A stretch of DNA of 47,427 bases. Origin: Reclinomonas americana ATCC 50394. Taxonomy: Eukaryota. Position 1 is the first letter of the stretch, and every line of letters starts with the position of its first letter. Under the pieces are notes generated by a model, which did not search any database, had not been told where the DNA came from, and worked only from the letters and a program-made list of their open reading frames with translations. The translations under genes and the position numbers were made by a program. Below, piece by piece: positions 1 to 14,778 of the stretch. The DNA is taken from positions 175,562 to 222,988 of the forward strand of contig PS015121.1 in the NCBI GenBank assembly GCA_048213135.1, given 5' to 3'.

Positions 1-3000
1 ATACCTTGGGGTTGAGTTCGTACTTGCGCACAATCTGGAACACCTGGTTGGAGGAGTTGAGATCCTCACGCAGGTGGGTCATGGCGGCCGCCAGCGTGTT
101 GCGGCACACAGTCTTGCCTCCGCACGACGGTCCGACAAGCATGACGCCGTGGCGCACATTCAGCGTCTCGTACAGCTGAATGATCTTGGTGAGGAAGCGC
201 GGCACCGGCTGCAGGCTCTGCGACGCCAAGTCGCGCTCAATGGCCTGCTGCAGCTCTCCGTAGTCGTGCTCGGGAAGTGTGACGCCGGGGAACAGATCCG
301 ACACAATGGCCTGGAACAGCGGCACATCTTGGGCCAAGAACTTGGGGATGTCTGTGTGTGAGAGAGAGAGAAGGAGAGTGAATAAAAATCACAGATGACA
401 AAAAATGCGNNNNNNNNNNNNNNNNNNNNNNNNNNNNNNNNNNNNNNNNNNNNNNNNNNNNNNNNNNNNNNNNNNNNNNNNNNNNNNNNNNNNNNNNNNN
501 NNNNNNNNNNNNNNNNNNNNNNNNNNNNNNNNNNNNNNNNNNNNNNNNNNNNNNNNNNNNNNNNNNNNNNNNNNNNNNNNNNNNNNNNNNNNNNNNNNNN
601 NNNNNNNNNNNNNNNNNNNNNNNNNNNNNNNNNNNNNNNNNNNNNNNNNNNNNNNNNNNNNCAAGCGCCTACGCACTGCTGTCGCGCATGGCACGGATGA
701 GCAAGAGATCCTCGACAATGTTGGGATTCTGGCGCTTCAGCGAGCCGGCCATGACCAACACACTCTTCACGGCACGCATGCCAAAGTCGTAGTGATCCTG
801 CGACGACAGCTGCTCCGATGACAACTTGTAGAGCTGGACCATCTTGCGTGAAAGCAGCTTGGCGTTCTCGAAACCCTCCGAGAACAGCACGACCTCGGCA
901 ATGAGTCGGTAGTCGGGAATCATACAAGCGACAGGTCGGAAGAGCGACTGTACACGCAAATGATGAGTCTCGTGCATCACGTGCAGGCGTGTGTGCACAC
1001 ACACAGAGGGAGTAAGCAAACCTTCAGATTGTCGGGCAACTCGGTACGACCGGCGTAACCGGGGTTCATGGTGATGAAGAAGCCGCAAGTGTGACGGACG
1101 GCAATGTCACGCCCCTCAAAGTACATGCGCGGCGTCTTCTTCAACAAGGCCGTGCGGATCTCTAGCACTTGTGTGGCAATGACGGACAACACCTGCAGAG
1201 GAGATAGCAGATCATCGGTGAGCAAGAGATGGCGATGGCGCGGTGAACGAACAACATGGCAATTACCTCAATGCCGATGCGGTTGAACTCGTCGAAGCAG
1301 CACCAAGCGCCGCACATGATGAGGCCGGTGAAGAAGGTGGACATCATGAGGTACGTCACACCCTCGGAACAGTTGAAGACCTGCGCGCCAAACACACCAG
1401 CGATTAGCACAACAATCACAGAATGCAGACATGCATGCGTGCACACGCACCACACACTGGCGGCCGAGCGACTTGGCCAAATCCTTGGTGGTCTCGGTCT
1501 TGCCCGTTCCGGCGGGACCGGCAGGCGCACCGCCGAGCGTCAGTTGCAAAGCACCGGTCAGCGTCATGTCTGTCGTGGAAAAAGTGAGCAGAAAAAAGAA
1601 AGATATGACTTGATCGTTCCCGCAAGAGCGCACGCAACAGATGCGATCCGTCAGCGGCGTAATGACGAGACGCGGCTGTGCGCCGAGGTACTCGTAGCCG
1701 TAGTAGAAGCACGAGTTCGACTGGCGCACAAGGCAGTCGTTGACTTCGTCGTCCCAGTAGTAGCGCAGCTGCTTGACCCAGCCAAAGTCGGCCGGTCGTG
1801 ACACGCCGTCCTCAATCATGTTCTCCACCACATCACGAGCGTGCACACTGATCACAATCAGCGCTCCGAGCGTGATACGCAGACGCGAGTCAATGTCCGT
1901 GCGTGTCAGTGCAGCCAACTTGGCCAGTTGCTCAATGGACTGTGGCGGTGGTCAGAAGGAGGAGGAGGAGGCGGAAGAAGCCCCAAAGTGAACAGGCAAA
2001 ACAAACCTTCTTGTAGTAGTCCTTGAGCTTGTGCGAGCCCTCATCGCCGTCGAGGCACTCGGTGACCTCTTGCGCCCAGAAGATTTGCGCCACCGTCAGC
2101 ACAATCTGGGAGGCGTGTGAGCGCATCCACTCCTCGAATGGTTTGGTGGGGTAGTCGAGCACGGACTGGTAGGTGAGATCGCGCAGCGAGACCACCATGC
2201 GCTCCTCTACTTCTGTCAACCACTTTTCGACGGCGCCACGAGCGGCCAGATTCACGCCCATCGACACATGCTCGCCCTCGGGCGACACCAGCTCCTCAAT
2301 GCCAATGTTGTCCGCCGCAAAACCGAGCTCCTTGATGCCGTCAAAGCACTTGCCCATGTACGGCTGCACCACGAGCGGGTTATTGTTCTCGGCAAGAATG
2401 GCCAGCAGATCGTCGTTCGACAAAAAGTAGAAGCGCGGGAAACCCTGACGCTTCTGCTCCAGGAAACGATCGAGACCCTTTTGCACAATGGCCAGCGACT
2501 TGTTGCAATCCTTCAGCTTGTTCAGCAGACCGGGGGCTGTGGTTGCCGGCAGCGCCTTCGGGCTGTCGAATGTGGACTTCATGATCTCTGTGTGCGACAG
2601 CGGTGAGAGGGCGGAAGAAAACAAAGGTGAAGTGGGCGGAGCATGCACGTACCCTTGAAGGTCTTGTCGACCACCATGAAGACCTTGGACTCCTCGACCT
2701 GGCGCTGGATTTCCTTGGATGAGAAGATACTCTCCAAGTACAGCCAGTCGCGCTGGCAGGCCATCCACTCGTCGAGCGTCTTGGCCATGAGTGCCAGATT
2801 CTGATCCCACTGCTCCACGCGCTGCGCAGCAACAACGAAATAGGATACAGAGAGTCAGAGCCAACTCTCGCGTGTCACACAAAACGATGCTGTGCGGGCA
2901 CTAACCGCTCGAATGGGACCGACAAAGCGCGAGCCCATGATGGAACCGACAGTGAGGCGCGAGTCATCGAGTTGCTCAATGATTTCGTCGAGGCCGCCGA

Positions 3001-6000
3001 GAATGAACACGTTGCCGTGCTGGTTGAGCGTGTACTCGGCCACCTCCCACACGTCGGCGACCTTGCGCAGCAGCTCTTCTAGGGCCGCCAACTGCGACGC
3101 TTGCAACGACAGCTGCGCAACTTGGTCCTTCTCTGCGCAGGGAGAAAGGGAGAGAGTGAGTGAGTGGAATGATGGCAAAACAGAGACAGACTTGCAAACA
3201 AAAAGTAGAGTGATGCGCAACTGCCCAACAAATTCGTGTCAATGAGAGCGCCGAGAGTGAGCTCCTCCGACTCGAGTTGCACACCGAGGAGTGCGTCGAC
3301 CTCGGTCATGTGCGCCGGCTTGTTGCGCAAACTCGGGTTGCACAGATCCACCAGAACCGGCACCACCTCCTTGAACTCCTCGACCATGGTCAACAGCTTT
3401 GGTGCCACGGGGTTGTTCGGCAGCGCCTTGGTGACCTGATTGGCGGTACGGTGGAACTTGGCCACTTCCGCCTCGATCACATCCGCATCCATGTCGCTGT
3501 GGTCGTTGCGATGAGTAAACGAGTGCCACCAAGAGAGAGAGAAAGAGAGAAGAATAAGAGGCCTCACCGGAACACCAGTGCGTTCCACTCCTTGTGCATG
3601 ACGGTCCAGTCCTTGATGGAGCGCCACAGCTTGTACTTTTGACCGACAGAGCCCGTCACCGACTGCACCACGTCGAAGCGATCCGGTGGCATGTTCAGCC
3701 GCTCTTGGTACGTCTGTGGTCGAGTGAGACATTGGCTGGTGCGTGGTAAAGAAGCATGCAACAACGACGCAACTCCCAGTTGTTCGGCACGCGATCGCTT
3801 GTCCGACAGGTCAGTCTGCACGGAATCGATAAACGCCAGCACCTCGTCCATATTGGCGTCGGGGTCGCTGATCGACTCGTTTTGGTCGCACTTGCGACCC
3901 AGCTGATCAATGGCGGTCTTGAGCTCGGTGATTTCGCGATCGAGTTCCACCTGGAAGCGGCCGACATTGTCGTCCTTGGTGTCCTCGGCAAACGAGTGTG
4001 TCTCGCGCAGCTCCTTGAAGGTGTTGACCGTCTGGTTCTTGTAGAACTTGAGCTCGTCGGGTGGCACCGGAATCGACTGCTTCTCCATGAGCTCGTACAA
4101 GTCCTTGACGTCGGAGAACTTGGTCTCGAAGTCGTTGAGTTTCTGCGTGACCGCCTCCAAGTGGTCCAAGTAGAAGACAAAGTCGTCGACCTGAGGCGCC
4201 AAGACAAAAAATTCAGTAAAAAATATACGAATACTGCGCGCATACGTGGTGCCACACGCACCGACTTGGGCCGATTGGCAATCGACTGGTGGCTCTCGTG
4301 GAGCTCCGAGAAGAGGGCTCCGGTCTTGGACTTGGCCAACATCGGCAGCAAGTCGTAGATGCCCTGGAGGCAGCGCTCGGGTGAGGGCGCCACGTTCGCC
4401 TTCAGGTGCTCTGTGTCGACACGGAAAATGCCAATCAGGCGACGCAGGCGCATCGTCTGGATGTCGGCCAGCTGTTGCTTGTACTTGACGATTGAGTCGG
4501 AGAAGAACTCGAGCGGGTGGTCTTCCTCGCGCAGCCGTGCAATGTCGAGGCGGCGGTTCTCGATAAACAGGCGACGGAACGGATCGAACTCGACGGCGTA
4601 GTCGTCGACACGGTCGCAGTTGATGCGCAGAATGTCGGCAATGCGCTCGCTGTAGTCCTTGTAGGCTGCGTTGCCGACAATGAGCTGCTCCAGATCGGGG
4701 CCCTCGCCGAGTCCCGAGTCCTCCTTCTTGTCGGTGACCAGCGGGCGCACGTACGAGTCGAATTGACTCTGCGGCGCGACACAATGAGTGACCGTGCGGG
4801 GGGAAAGAGACGAAATACACCTTGTTTTCTTGGCTAACCTCCTCGAGCAAACGGTCGAGACCGGTGACCGCCGACACGTACTCTTGCAGCAGGCAACCGA
4901 TGCGATCGAGGAACTCGTTGACGTCGGGTGACGAGATGAGGTTGTCGTCGAGCAGTTGGATATCCACCACAAAGAGCGGATTTGACTTGGGCTTGTTGGC
5001 GTGCATAAAGTCGTGCTCCTCGTGCTCCACCTCGTCGGCGTCGGGCTTGTTGAAGAGCTCCGTCATCACCTCCAGCAGGTTGCCGACAGAGCCGACGCAC
5101 ATCTTTTCGAGCGCATTGACCACCAGGTAATCGCACAACTGGATAAAGCTGGCCAGCTTCTTGCACAGTGCGCGGCGCGTGGCCAGATCGGTGAACGAAA
5201 TGGTCGGCTTGCTGGGGTCGGTGCCTGACGACATGGCCGAGGCGATCTTCTTGACCTCGTCGTCGGCCTCCGCACTGCGGGTTTCTCGAGAGTGTGAGTG
5301 TAAAGCAGAAGGGTGGAAGGATGGGCTTGCATGCACGCACCCTTCGTGTTCCTGCTCAATGCTCTTGTTGGCGGCCACCATAAAGTTCTGGCAGCCGTCG
5401 AGCACCGTCTGTGTGACCGAGGACACAATCTCGGCCATGGTGTCCTTCAGTTCCTCCACACGCGCCAATTGCTGCGTGTAGAACTTGTCGAGAGTCTGCG
5501 TGTCACCGCGCCCCGTGGTGCGGAAGAAGCGCAGGTTGGCCAGGCGCACGCAGTGGCGGCGCACATCCAACAACGACCTGGACAGCACATCGTGCAAGTG
5601 GAAGAGATTGGCCTCGAGGAAGTCGCGGCAGTAGGTCGCACGCTTGGCGCGCGTGTACGTCTTGAGCGAGTAGTAGCAGCGCCACACCTGCGTCGCGGAA
5701 GAGTGCGTGAGTGCAACCGAGGAAAGGGGAAGTATTGGCGACGAAACACACCTTGAAATTGCGGAAGAAGCGGATCTTGGCAATCGTGGAGAAGCGCTCG
5801 TATTCGCGCACCCACTGATCCAGCGGCGTAAACTCGGCCTCGCCACTCACGAAATGCGTGACACCCGACGCCGACAGCGTGTAATAATTGTCGAGATTGC
5901 GTTGCGAGTGCGGCACAATGACCAGCGAGTAGGGGTTGTAGCAGTCGCGCAGCGGATCGCGCAGCGTGTTGTTGAGGTAGACAAACTCCAGCGTCGACGG

Positions 6001-6669
6001 CGTGCGTCGAATCTTCTCAATGAACCAGAACGGCGATTTGTCGGCCGGCACATGCGACAGGAAACCAGAGCCAGACGCCGCCGCANNNNNNNNNNNNNNN
6101 NNNNNNNNNNNNNNNNNNNNNNNNNNNNNNNNNNNNNNNNNNNNNNNNNNNNNNNNNNNNNNNNNNNNNNNNNNNNNNNNNNNNNNNNNNNNNNNNNNNN
6201 NNNNNNNNNNNNNNNNNNNNNNNNNNNNNNNNNNNNNNNNNNNNNNNNNNNNNNNNNNNNNNNNNNNNNNNNNNNNNNNNNNNNNNNNNNNNNNNNNNNN
6301 NNNNNNNNNNNNNNNNNNNNNNNNNNNNNNNNNNNNNNNNNNNNNNNNNNNNNNNNNNNNTGCTGTGGGTGCCATGGCGCCATTATGTGAAGACGAGGAG
6401 GCGCCAGTGGTGCCACTGGCACCGCCACTCGAGCCACCCACTGTCGAGTACAAGTTCTGCGTCAATGCGCGCGACTTGGCCGCTGCATTGGCCCGCGCTG
6501 CCGCGAGCAACTCATCGGGCCGCCGCCGCGGTGCTGCTCCTTGTCCCGCAGGAGGAGGCGCTCCCGGAACACCAGAGCCCTTTTTGCACACACACAATGA
6601 GAAACTCACACACACAACGCACGTGCATGCACACACACACACGCGCGCGCTCACCGGTCGTGACGCCAT
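1..6669 (-). CDS. DNAH6: Axonemal inner-arm dynein heavy chain, DNAH6-like; 5' part (tail, linker, AAA1), multi-exon, continues past the left window edge
   Basis: Spliced exons give P1 loop GPAGTGKT, WCCFDEFNR, FITMNPGYAGRTELPDNLK, QDHYDFGMRAVKSVL, linker FPRFYFLSNDDLL, and an N-terminal YNPYSL..YYTLSASGVTHF..EFTPLDQWVREY block that I recall as typical of DNAH6-type chains. ATG at 6669. All visible introns are GT-AG. The dynein call is secure; the paralogue assignment is less so. Confidence 0.9.
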
Positions 6670-7094
6670 CAATCAGCACACACGCAGACAGACAGCGAGA
6701 GAGCGAGAGAGAAAACGTGTGTGTGCGCGAGATAAGTTGAACGCGCGCGCGCAAAACAAAATAGTCGATAACGGTCAATGTCGATCGACCGATCGGAGAA
6801 TGAAAACCACACGAAAAAAAACAAGTGTCTCTTTTTCGCCCTTGTCGCTTTGTACGCTTGCTTGTACCAAAACAGCTGCGTGCGGGGTGGCACAAAGAGA
6901 GAACGCGCGAACGGCACATGGCTGGACAGAAACGTGCTCGCGCGACCTCTGTCCTCTGTCCCGAGCGACTTGTTCATCCACGTTCTTTCTTTGTTTGCGT
7001 GCGGTGTGTGTGAGTGACTGAGTGTGCAACAAAGACACACACTATTGCGCTTGTGTAAGCGATGAACGTCTGTGTGTCGGCTGGATCGTCGAGC
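6670..7094. promoter_or_regulatory. Divergent promoter region between dynein and the Arf-GEF
   Basis: Head-to-head ATGs 425 bp apart; no specific motif identified. Confidence 0.5.
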
Positions 7095-8025
7095 ATGGAA
7101 GTGTTTGTGCAACGCGCTTTGGCTCAGGTGCGTGCATGTCTCTCTCTCTCCCTCTCTCTCCCTCTCTCTCTCGCTTGCTTGCCTGCTACTCTCAGAAGTG
7201 GAGAGAAAGACAAACAAACAAAAACGCGTGTTCACAATGACCGACCATGCCCAACACGCACACACACTCACAGACACGCTCCCTCTCGCTCTCCCTCTCT
7301 CAAACACACTCTCTTGCTACACGCCCTCCTTACTCAACACATGCCATTTCTCTCTCACTCTCGCTCATTGTGCACTTTCACGCTGTCTCCAAAGTGATGC
7401 TCCGACTTCCTTCTCTCACTTGCGCGTGTGTGTGTCTCAGATCTTGGAGGAGGCACCGCGTCGATTTGCCGAGCTGCGCAAGTCGTGCCGCGATGTGCTC
7501 GGTTTGTGTTGTGTGTAGATTGTGCACAGTTTGGCGATGATGCATCAGCGACTGATTTTGTGCATCTGCTGTCTCTCTGTGTGAGCAGCTGAGCTGCAGC
7601 AGCGGGGTGCGCAAGGGTGTGTTTATTGTCGACGCGTGTGCGTGTGCGTGTGTTTATCTATTTTCGTGGTGGTGACAACAATAGCATGCAGTGCCGATCC
7701 GAATCGATGTTTCCGCCCGTTGCTGGCGGCGTGCAAGTCGGGGCACACGCGGACCATGGAGGTGGCACTGGATTGCATACAGGTAGAGTACGCCTTCTCT
7801 CCCCCCCGCCCTCGCTCTCCTCCCCTCTTTCCTCTCTGTGAGAGACTGACGTGCGTGCCGCAGAAACTGTTTGCGTACGGCTGTCTCGACGGTCTCATTC
7901 CGTACGCCGACGACTCGTCCAAGTTGTTGACGCACATTGTGGTCAACACGATCACGCAGTGCCAGGAGCACCAGGAGGACAGTGTGCAGCTGCAGATCAT
8001 CAAGGTGACAGTCGCACACACTCCG

Positions 8026-8056
<31 letters not shown>

Positions 8057-11000
8057 ATTTTTTGCGGCGCAGGCGCTGCTCACCGCCGTCTCGGCGCCGC
8101 ATTGTGAAATCCATGGAGGCGTGCTGTTGACTTGTGCGCGCGTGGTCTACAACATTCACTTGTCGTCGCCCAACGCCGTTATCCAGTCGACGGCCAAGGC
8201 CACACTGTCACTGATGATCAATCACGTCTTTCAGCGCATGGAGCAGGAAGTGGTGCGTGCGATTATTTTCGCTCTGTCTTCGAATTCGAGCACAGAGTGT
8301 ATAATAATCATTGCGTGCGCAGGCCCGCAAGGCACCTCTCGACCCTGGTGTGTTTGTGAATCGCAACATCTCCCTGGAAGTCGCCTCCACATTTGCCACG
8401 GCGGCCTCGGCTGCCGTGGGTGGCCTGCACGGTGCGAATGGGCAAGCGCCGCAGCGACCCGACGAGGTGTTTGACGAGGAGGAACAAATGAGCCATCGCG
8501 AGTTGCGCACGCTCCCTTTCTCACACACCGCCTGCTCCCACACTGGCTGTGCACTCACATGCGTACTCACCACACTCAGTGAGGCTGGCGAGTCGGCGGC
8601 CGGCAGCGACATGACCGTGCTGCAAAAGGACGCGTACCGTCTCTTCCGCTCCCTGTGCCAGTTGTCGACACGTGACATTCCCGAAGAGTGCGTCGCCACC
8701 TCTGACCGGAAGCGGTTTCGGTGTCGTTGTGTTTGACTCTCACACCCGTACGTGGCACAGAGCGGAGCCCGATTCTATTCTCATCCGGTCGCGTGTGCTC
8801 TCGCTGGAGTTGCTGCGCGGCATTGTGGAACAAGCAGGACCGGTGTTCCGCACCACGGAAAAGTTTATTGGTCTCATCAAGCAGTACCTGTGCGTGTCGC
8901 TGGTCAAGAACTGCGTCTCGACGATCCCACCCGTCATGCAATTGTCGCTGTCGATTTTCCACTCGGTGTTGCACGGCTTCAAGGACCACCTGAAGGGCGA
9001 AATCGGCATCATGTTCACCAACGTGCTGCTGAAGATTCTCGAGTCGGAGCTCACCTCGTTCAACCAGAAGACGCAAGTGGTGGAGACGCTGCTGAAGATC
9101 TGCCAGGACTCGGAGCTGCTTGTCAGCATCTTCCTGAACTACGACTGCGAGTTGCACTCGACCAATGTGTTCGAGTCGATTGTGTCGCACTTGTCGGAGC
9201 TGGCTCGTGTTCCGCAGCAGAACATGGCCTGGTTCAATCCGCAACAACAACAGGCCATTCGTCGACTGGCACTCGATGCTCTGGTCAGCATCTACCGTTC
9301 GCTGGTCGATTTCTATCACCGCATGGCGGCCGAGAAGGACGATGCCACCAAGTCCGAGTTGGACGGTGGGTTTTTCTGCTGCGCCGACGGGCACCTTTTT
9401 TTTTATTTGTGACTTACCAGCCTGTGTCACCGACACACAGGTGATGGGGCACCGACTGCGGCCGCTCCAGCGGCTTCGTCGGCGTGGGGAGCGGGAGAGA
9501 GTGAGGGTGCGTCGGGGTCGGGCTCGTCTTCGGCCGCCGCCGGCTCGTCGACTCCAGCAAGTGGCGGCAGCAGCAACATGCAAGTGCGGTCGCGTGCCAT
9601 GACCACCATGACGGCGCCGTCGCTGGAGACCATCGAGGGAGGACCGGGCACACGACCCGCCGTTGCCGGCAAGTTCGAGTTGCAAAAGATCAAGAAGGTC
9701 GAGTGGGAGTCAGGTGCGTACTGCGGAGGAAAGAACTCGTCGATTCGCCATCTTACCTTACTCACACGCTCTATGTGGCACAGGTGTGCAGCTGTTCAAT
9801 CAAAAGCCAAAGAAGGGCATCCAGTTCCTCATTGCCAACGGACATTTGGACGAGGAGCCGGAGAAGGTCGCCAAGTTCTTCCTCGACTGCGACACCCTCG
9901 ACAAGGCCGCCATTGGCGAGTACATGGGCGATCCGTTGCGTTCTCCTATTTTGGGCCCTCTTTGTTTGTTGGAAGGTGGAGTCGGCTCATGCTGGAATGT
10001 GTGTAGGGACGAGTTCAATCGCAACGTGCTCTACCGCTACGTCGATATGTTGGATTTCACCAACATGGAGCTCGATCTTGCTCTGCGGTTTGTTTGCTGT
10101 GCAGAGCCGTGTGTTGCTTTCTGCGTGCGTGTGTGCTTACTGCTGCGGGTGGTGTGTTAGTGACTTCATGTCGCGATTCCGTATTCCGGGCGAGGCGCAA
10201 AAGATTGATCGTATGATGGAGAAGTTTGCCGAGCGCTACTGCAAGAACAACCCAACAGCCTTCTCGTCTGCCGATACGGCCTACGTGCTGTCGTTCTCGT
10301 GCATCATGTTGCACACGGACGCGCACAATCCGGCCATCAAGAATCGCATGACCAAGGAAGCGTTTTTGAAGAACAACCGCGGCATCGACAACGGCAAGGA
10401 CGTGCCACCGCAGGTGCTGTCGGGCATTTACGATCGCATCACCACCACCGAGTTCTCCATTCGTGGCGAGCCCACGCGTCAGCAGCTGGAGGCCACCACC
10501 AAGAAGGAGAAGGACCACGGTATGTGTTTTTTTGCAACGCAGAGCTCTCTCTTCAAGTTGCCTCCCCGCCGCTCATCACCACATTGCGTGCAGCGGCCGC
10601 GGTGGCCAACCCGGCGCAGAAGCGTCGTGTAGGTCTGACGCGCGAGACGCAGGCCATGTGGAAGGATGTGGAGTCCATGATCAAGATGCAAGGCGGCAAG
10701 TCGTCGACCTTCCATGTGGCGTCGCACGCCGGGCAGATTCGACCAATCTTTGAGATCTCGCACCCGCTCATTTTTGTGCCGCTGCGTGAGATTCTTGATC
10801 GAATCCCCGACCCGCGCATGATCAACCTCTGCTTGCTGGGCTTTGAGAACGCCATTCACATTGCATGCCTCTTCTCGCTGGATCGCGAGCGCGACGATTT
10901 GGTGGCCGCACTCGCTGGCTACGCCGATGTCAGCTCGCAGACCACGGTGACGCACCGCACGATTGAGAGCACCAAGCTCGTGCTGCGCATCGGTCTGAAC

Positions 11001-14000
11001 GAGGGCGACTTCCTCGACAAGTCGTGGGTGCAGGTGTGTGTGAGGGAGGGAGAGGGGGAAGGGAGAGAGGGANNNNNNNNNNNNNNNNNNNNNNNNNNNN
11101 NNNNNNNNNNNNNNNNNNNNNNNNNNNNNNNNNNNNNNNNNNNNNNNNNNNGCGTGGGTTTGTGGTGATGACTCAATTGGTGTCTTGTGTGCAGATTTTG
11201 AGTTGCATCTCGCAACTCGAATTGGTGCAGGCCATGTCGTCGGGCATCCGCTCTCTCAATCCCGGCCGATCAGAACGGTGTGTGAACTCGTTCATGGTGT
11301 CGCAGCAAACTGTTTATTTATCATTGTGTGTGTGTGTGTGTTCGTGCTGCAAACAGACCGCGCACCTCCAAGGATCGGCCACTGCCGTCGGTGAATCCGG
11401 ACGACTTCCGTGCGCAGGTGATTTGGCCGCACGAGGGGAAACGAGTGAGAGAGCACGCATAGCTTACTCACACAGTACGCGGGTCACAGACATTCGAGGA
11501 CTCGGAAATGGCCAAGCGACTCGGCGATTCAGCAATTGTGCTGAACATCGATCGCATCATCACCAAGAGTGCCGAGCTCGACAGCGTTGCGTTCTGCCGC
11601 GCGCTCGCCAGGCGCTCACTCTGCATGAGCGCTAACGGCGGTCTGTCTACATGCAGAATGCTGTCGTGTGCTTTGTGGAGGGTCTGTGCGCGGTATCGCG
11701 GGAAGAAATCAGCTCGACGAGTCAACCACGCTTGTTCAGTTTGCAAAAGATTGTCGAGGTTGCCTACTTTAACATGTCGCGCATTCGTTTTGTGTGGAGC
11801 CGCATCTGGCAGCACATGGCGGAGCACTTTGAGAATGTTGCGTGACGTGGGCGCACGCCAGACGATTGTGACTCGCACGCCACTGACGTGTGTTGGTACG
11901 TACACAGGTCGGTTGCCACCAAGAGGGCACCATCGCCATGTATGCGTTGGATTCGTTGCGACAGCTGGCCATGAAGTTCCTGGAGAAGGACGAGTTGTCA
12001 AATTACCAGTTCCAGCGCGATTTCCTCAAGCCGTTCCACTCGATTCTGATTCGCAGCCGCAATGCTGACATTCGGGAAATGGTGCGTTGTGTGGAGACGT
12101 GACGTCAAAAAAGCGGATATCGACCACGTGTGTGTGACTTGCAATGTTGATTTTTTTGCAGGTTGTGAGCTGCTTGCAAGTCATGATGTTGGCACGGTCG
12201 TCCAACATTCGGTCCGGTTGGTGGCGTATTTTCCAGGTGCTGGGCGACGCAGCCAAGGACTCGGCAGGTTGGTGGTCCTGTGTGGGCAAGAGAGCTGCTC
12301 GTCGGCATGTGTGTAACTCGTGTGAGAGCGCAGAGAAAGTTGTGCGGTTGGCGTATGAGACCACACAGCAGGTCTTGTCGGGCTACTTCCCGCTCATTCG
12401 CGACAACTTTATCGATTGCTTCCGATGCGTTTGCGACTTTGCGATGAACACGGCTGCTGTGGAGATAAGGTGGGGGTGTTCGTACGTGCAAAGCGGGAAT
12501 GCGTGTGTGCGTGTGTGCGTGGCTGACATGCGGCTGTGGTTGCTGCAGTACGGGTTCACTGCTCATGGCTGAGTGGTGCCTGGATCGAGTGGTTCGCGGA
12601 TACCTGGAGCCCAGCATTCCTCGACTCACCGCTGAGCCGTTTGTGGGAGAAGAGATCAAGCGCGACAGCAATCATGTGGCGCAAATCAAGTTGCGCGCTC
12701 AGCTGCATCATCTCGTTTCTACGATGCGTACTGATCTGTCATTCGCACATACTCGCAGCATGTCGTGGTTTGGTGGACCGCGCGTGGAGATTGTGGCTGA
12801 CATGCCGGCAGTGTACCTCGGCGATGAGGTGCCGCATGCCAACCTGTGGACCGAGTCCCTCAACATTCTGGTGCACGTGGTGGCCTCGGATCGCCGGTCG
12901 GTGGTCCGACAAGAGTTGCGGCTCCGTGAAACGCACCACCAAGTGTCGTTCCAATGGCACTCACTCGGTGTGCGTTGTGAATGTTAGGGCTCTGCAAACA
13001 ATAGCTCGCATGTTGCGAAATGTCGGCTGGGCCTTTGACGAGTCGCTGTGGAGTCAGTTGTTCCACAAGTTCTATATGGCACTGTTGGATCGCTTCTGTG
13101 CTCGTGGAACACCGACGGTTGCGTACGCCCGCGTTACCTGTGTGTGGGTGTGATGTGCGCTAACCACAAGGTGTGCACACAGACGGCACACTACGAGGAC
13201 TGGGTGCAGCAGACGGCACCGGCGCTGTTCGACAACCTGGTGGAGGTGTTTGAGCGATTCTTTTCACGTCTTTCACCCGTCTACGGCGATGTGGTTGCGC
13301 TGTTTGGACGGTGCGCAGTCCATGTCGATCTTCCTCCTCACCGAGAGTGCATCATTACTCATCCGTCATGCAGGTGCTTGCAATGCCTGGAACTCGGCAT
13401 GGGCCGTGTGGCTATGCGTGGTCTCCTGATGCTGCTGAAGCAGGCGGGGCCGCACTTCTCACCCGCCATGTGGGACACCACGGCAACGTTCCTGGCCGAC
13501 ATGTTGGACCGAACACGACCTCGCGTGTTTGTCAGCGATGGCGGCGAGCTCATTGTGCGTGACACGTTGCGCAAGGTCGAATCGGCTCCAATCCTCATCG
13601 GTGAGACGATCGATCGCTTTTGCTAGTTTTCGTGTCCGCTCCCCCCCGTGCTCATCTGTGATATTGTTTGTTCATTCTCTCGACAGTGCCGGCGAGCGTC
13701 GCTGATGTACGGGCGTCGCCTGCATCATCGTCAGGCAAGGCCACGCCCCAAGGCGGAGATGAGCAGCCAGCGGCCGCTGCTGCCGATTCATCCCACGGCA
13801 GTGGTTCCACTCCCGCTGCTCCTGCCGGTGATTCTGCGACTGCAGCGGCGGCAGCAGCGGTGGTGGCGTCGGCATCTGCCACGGGTCCTACGCTGCCGGC
13901 CACCGCCTCAGTGCCGTCGATGACAAGCGAGGCACTTAGTGGCTCGCCACTCACTCCGAAAGCCGACCCGTCGCTCTTCCAGGTGTGTTCTCTCTCCCCT

Positions 14001-14778
14001 CTCTCTCACCCTGCATCGCTGTGCGTTCGTGTGTGTGCGTGTGCGACTCACGACCATCCTCAGTGCCACATCCAACCGCTGTTGGCGGGCGTGGTCGAGC
14101 AAGTACTGGCGGAGCACATGGGCTCGCTGGAGTTGCCGTTGGTGGAGCGCTTCCTCACCATGCTGGACGACACCTACCGCTATGTGTCTGCGTACAACAA
14201 GTTGTGGGCGCGGCGCGAGAGGCAACTGGAGGAGGGCCGGAAGGCGGAGTTGACGCTGCTGACAGATCTGGAGCGCGAGGTGGCGCTGCACTACGTGGAG
14301 GCCGTACATCGACTGTACACTGGCCACGATGCAGCCGCCGAGGCGCTCTCCGAGTCGCTGTTCTTGGAGTTGAGTTTTTTTGTGGATGTACGCGGGCGGG
14401 GCATGCTGTCAGTGCACTGACTGACTGACACACATGTGCAGGTTCTCCGAGGAGCTCTTCCTGTCGTACTTGGAGGCGTGCGAAGAAGAGAAGGCGTCAT
14501 CGCTGCCGTCTGAACTGAAGCAGCATGTGAGCATGACGCCGGTGGTGGTGCGTGTGCTCAACATGATTTACCCGCTGCCGAATGCCAAGGTCAGTTTTTT
14601 TCTGTCTGCACGCTCTCCTTGTGTTGTGGTCAGCTGACACACACCTCCGCAGTTCCTCAACGCATGTCGCAAGTTCCCGCGGTGCCTCACGGACATGCTG
14701 ATGTGCGAATCGGCGAGCGTACGCGGTGGTCTTCGCAAGGTCTTTGAGAAACTCAACGAATTGTTGTTGCTCTCGTGA
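7095..14778 (+). CDS. Large Arf guanine-nucleotide exchange factor, BIG/Sec7 family (DCB-HUS-Sec7-HDS), about 25 introns
   Basis: Starts [18 protein letters not shown] box FLNYDCEL. Sec7 catalytic motif [21 protein letters not shown], then [24 protein letters not shown] motifs [18 protein letters not shown] and [16 protein letters not shown]. Stop TGA at 14776-14778. Confidence 0.95.

Noticed and set aside
9935-10006. Reading GTTGCG donors as non-canonical G|TT...AGN introns
   Set aside because: The GT-AG register keeps the frame at every site, whereas a shifted cut would need variable non-AG acceptors.
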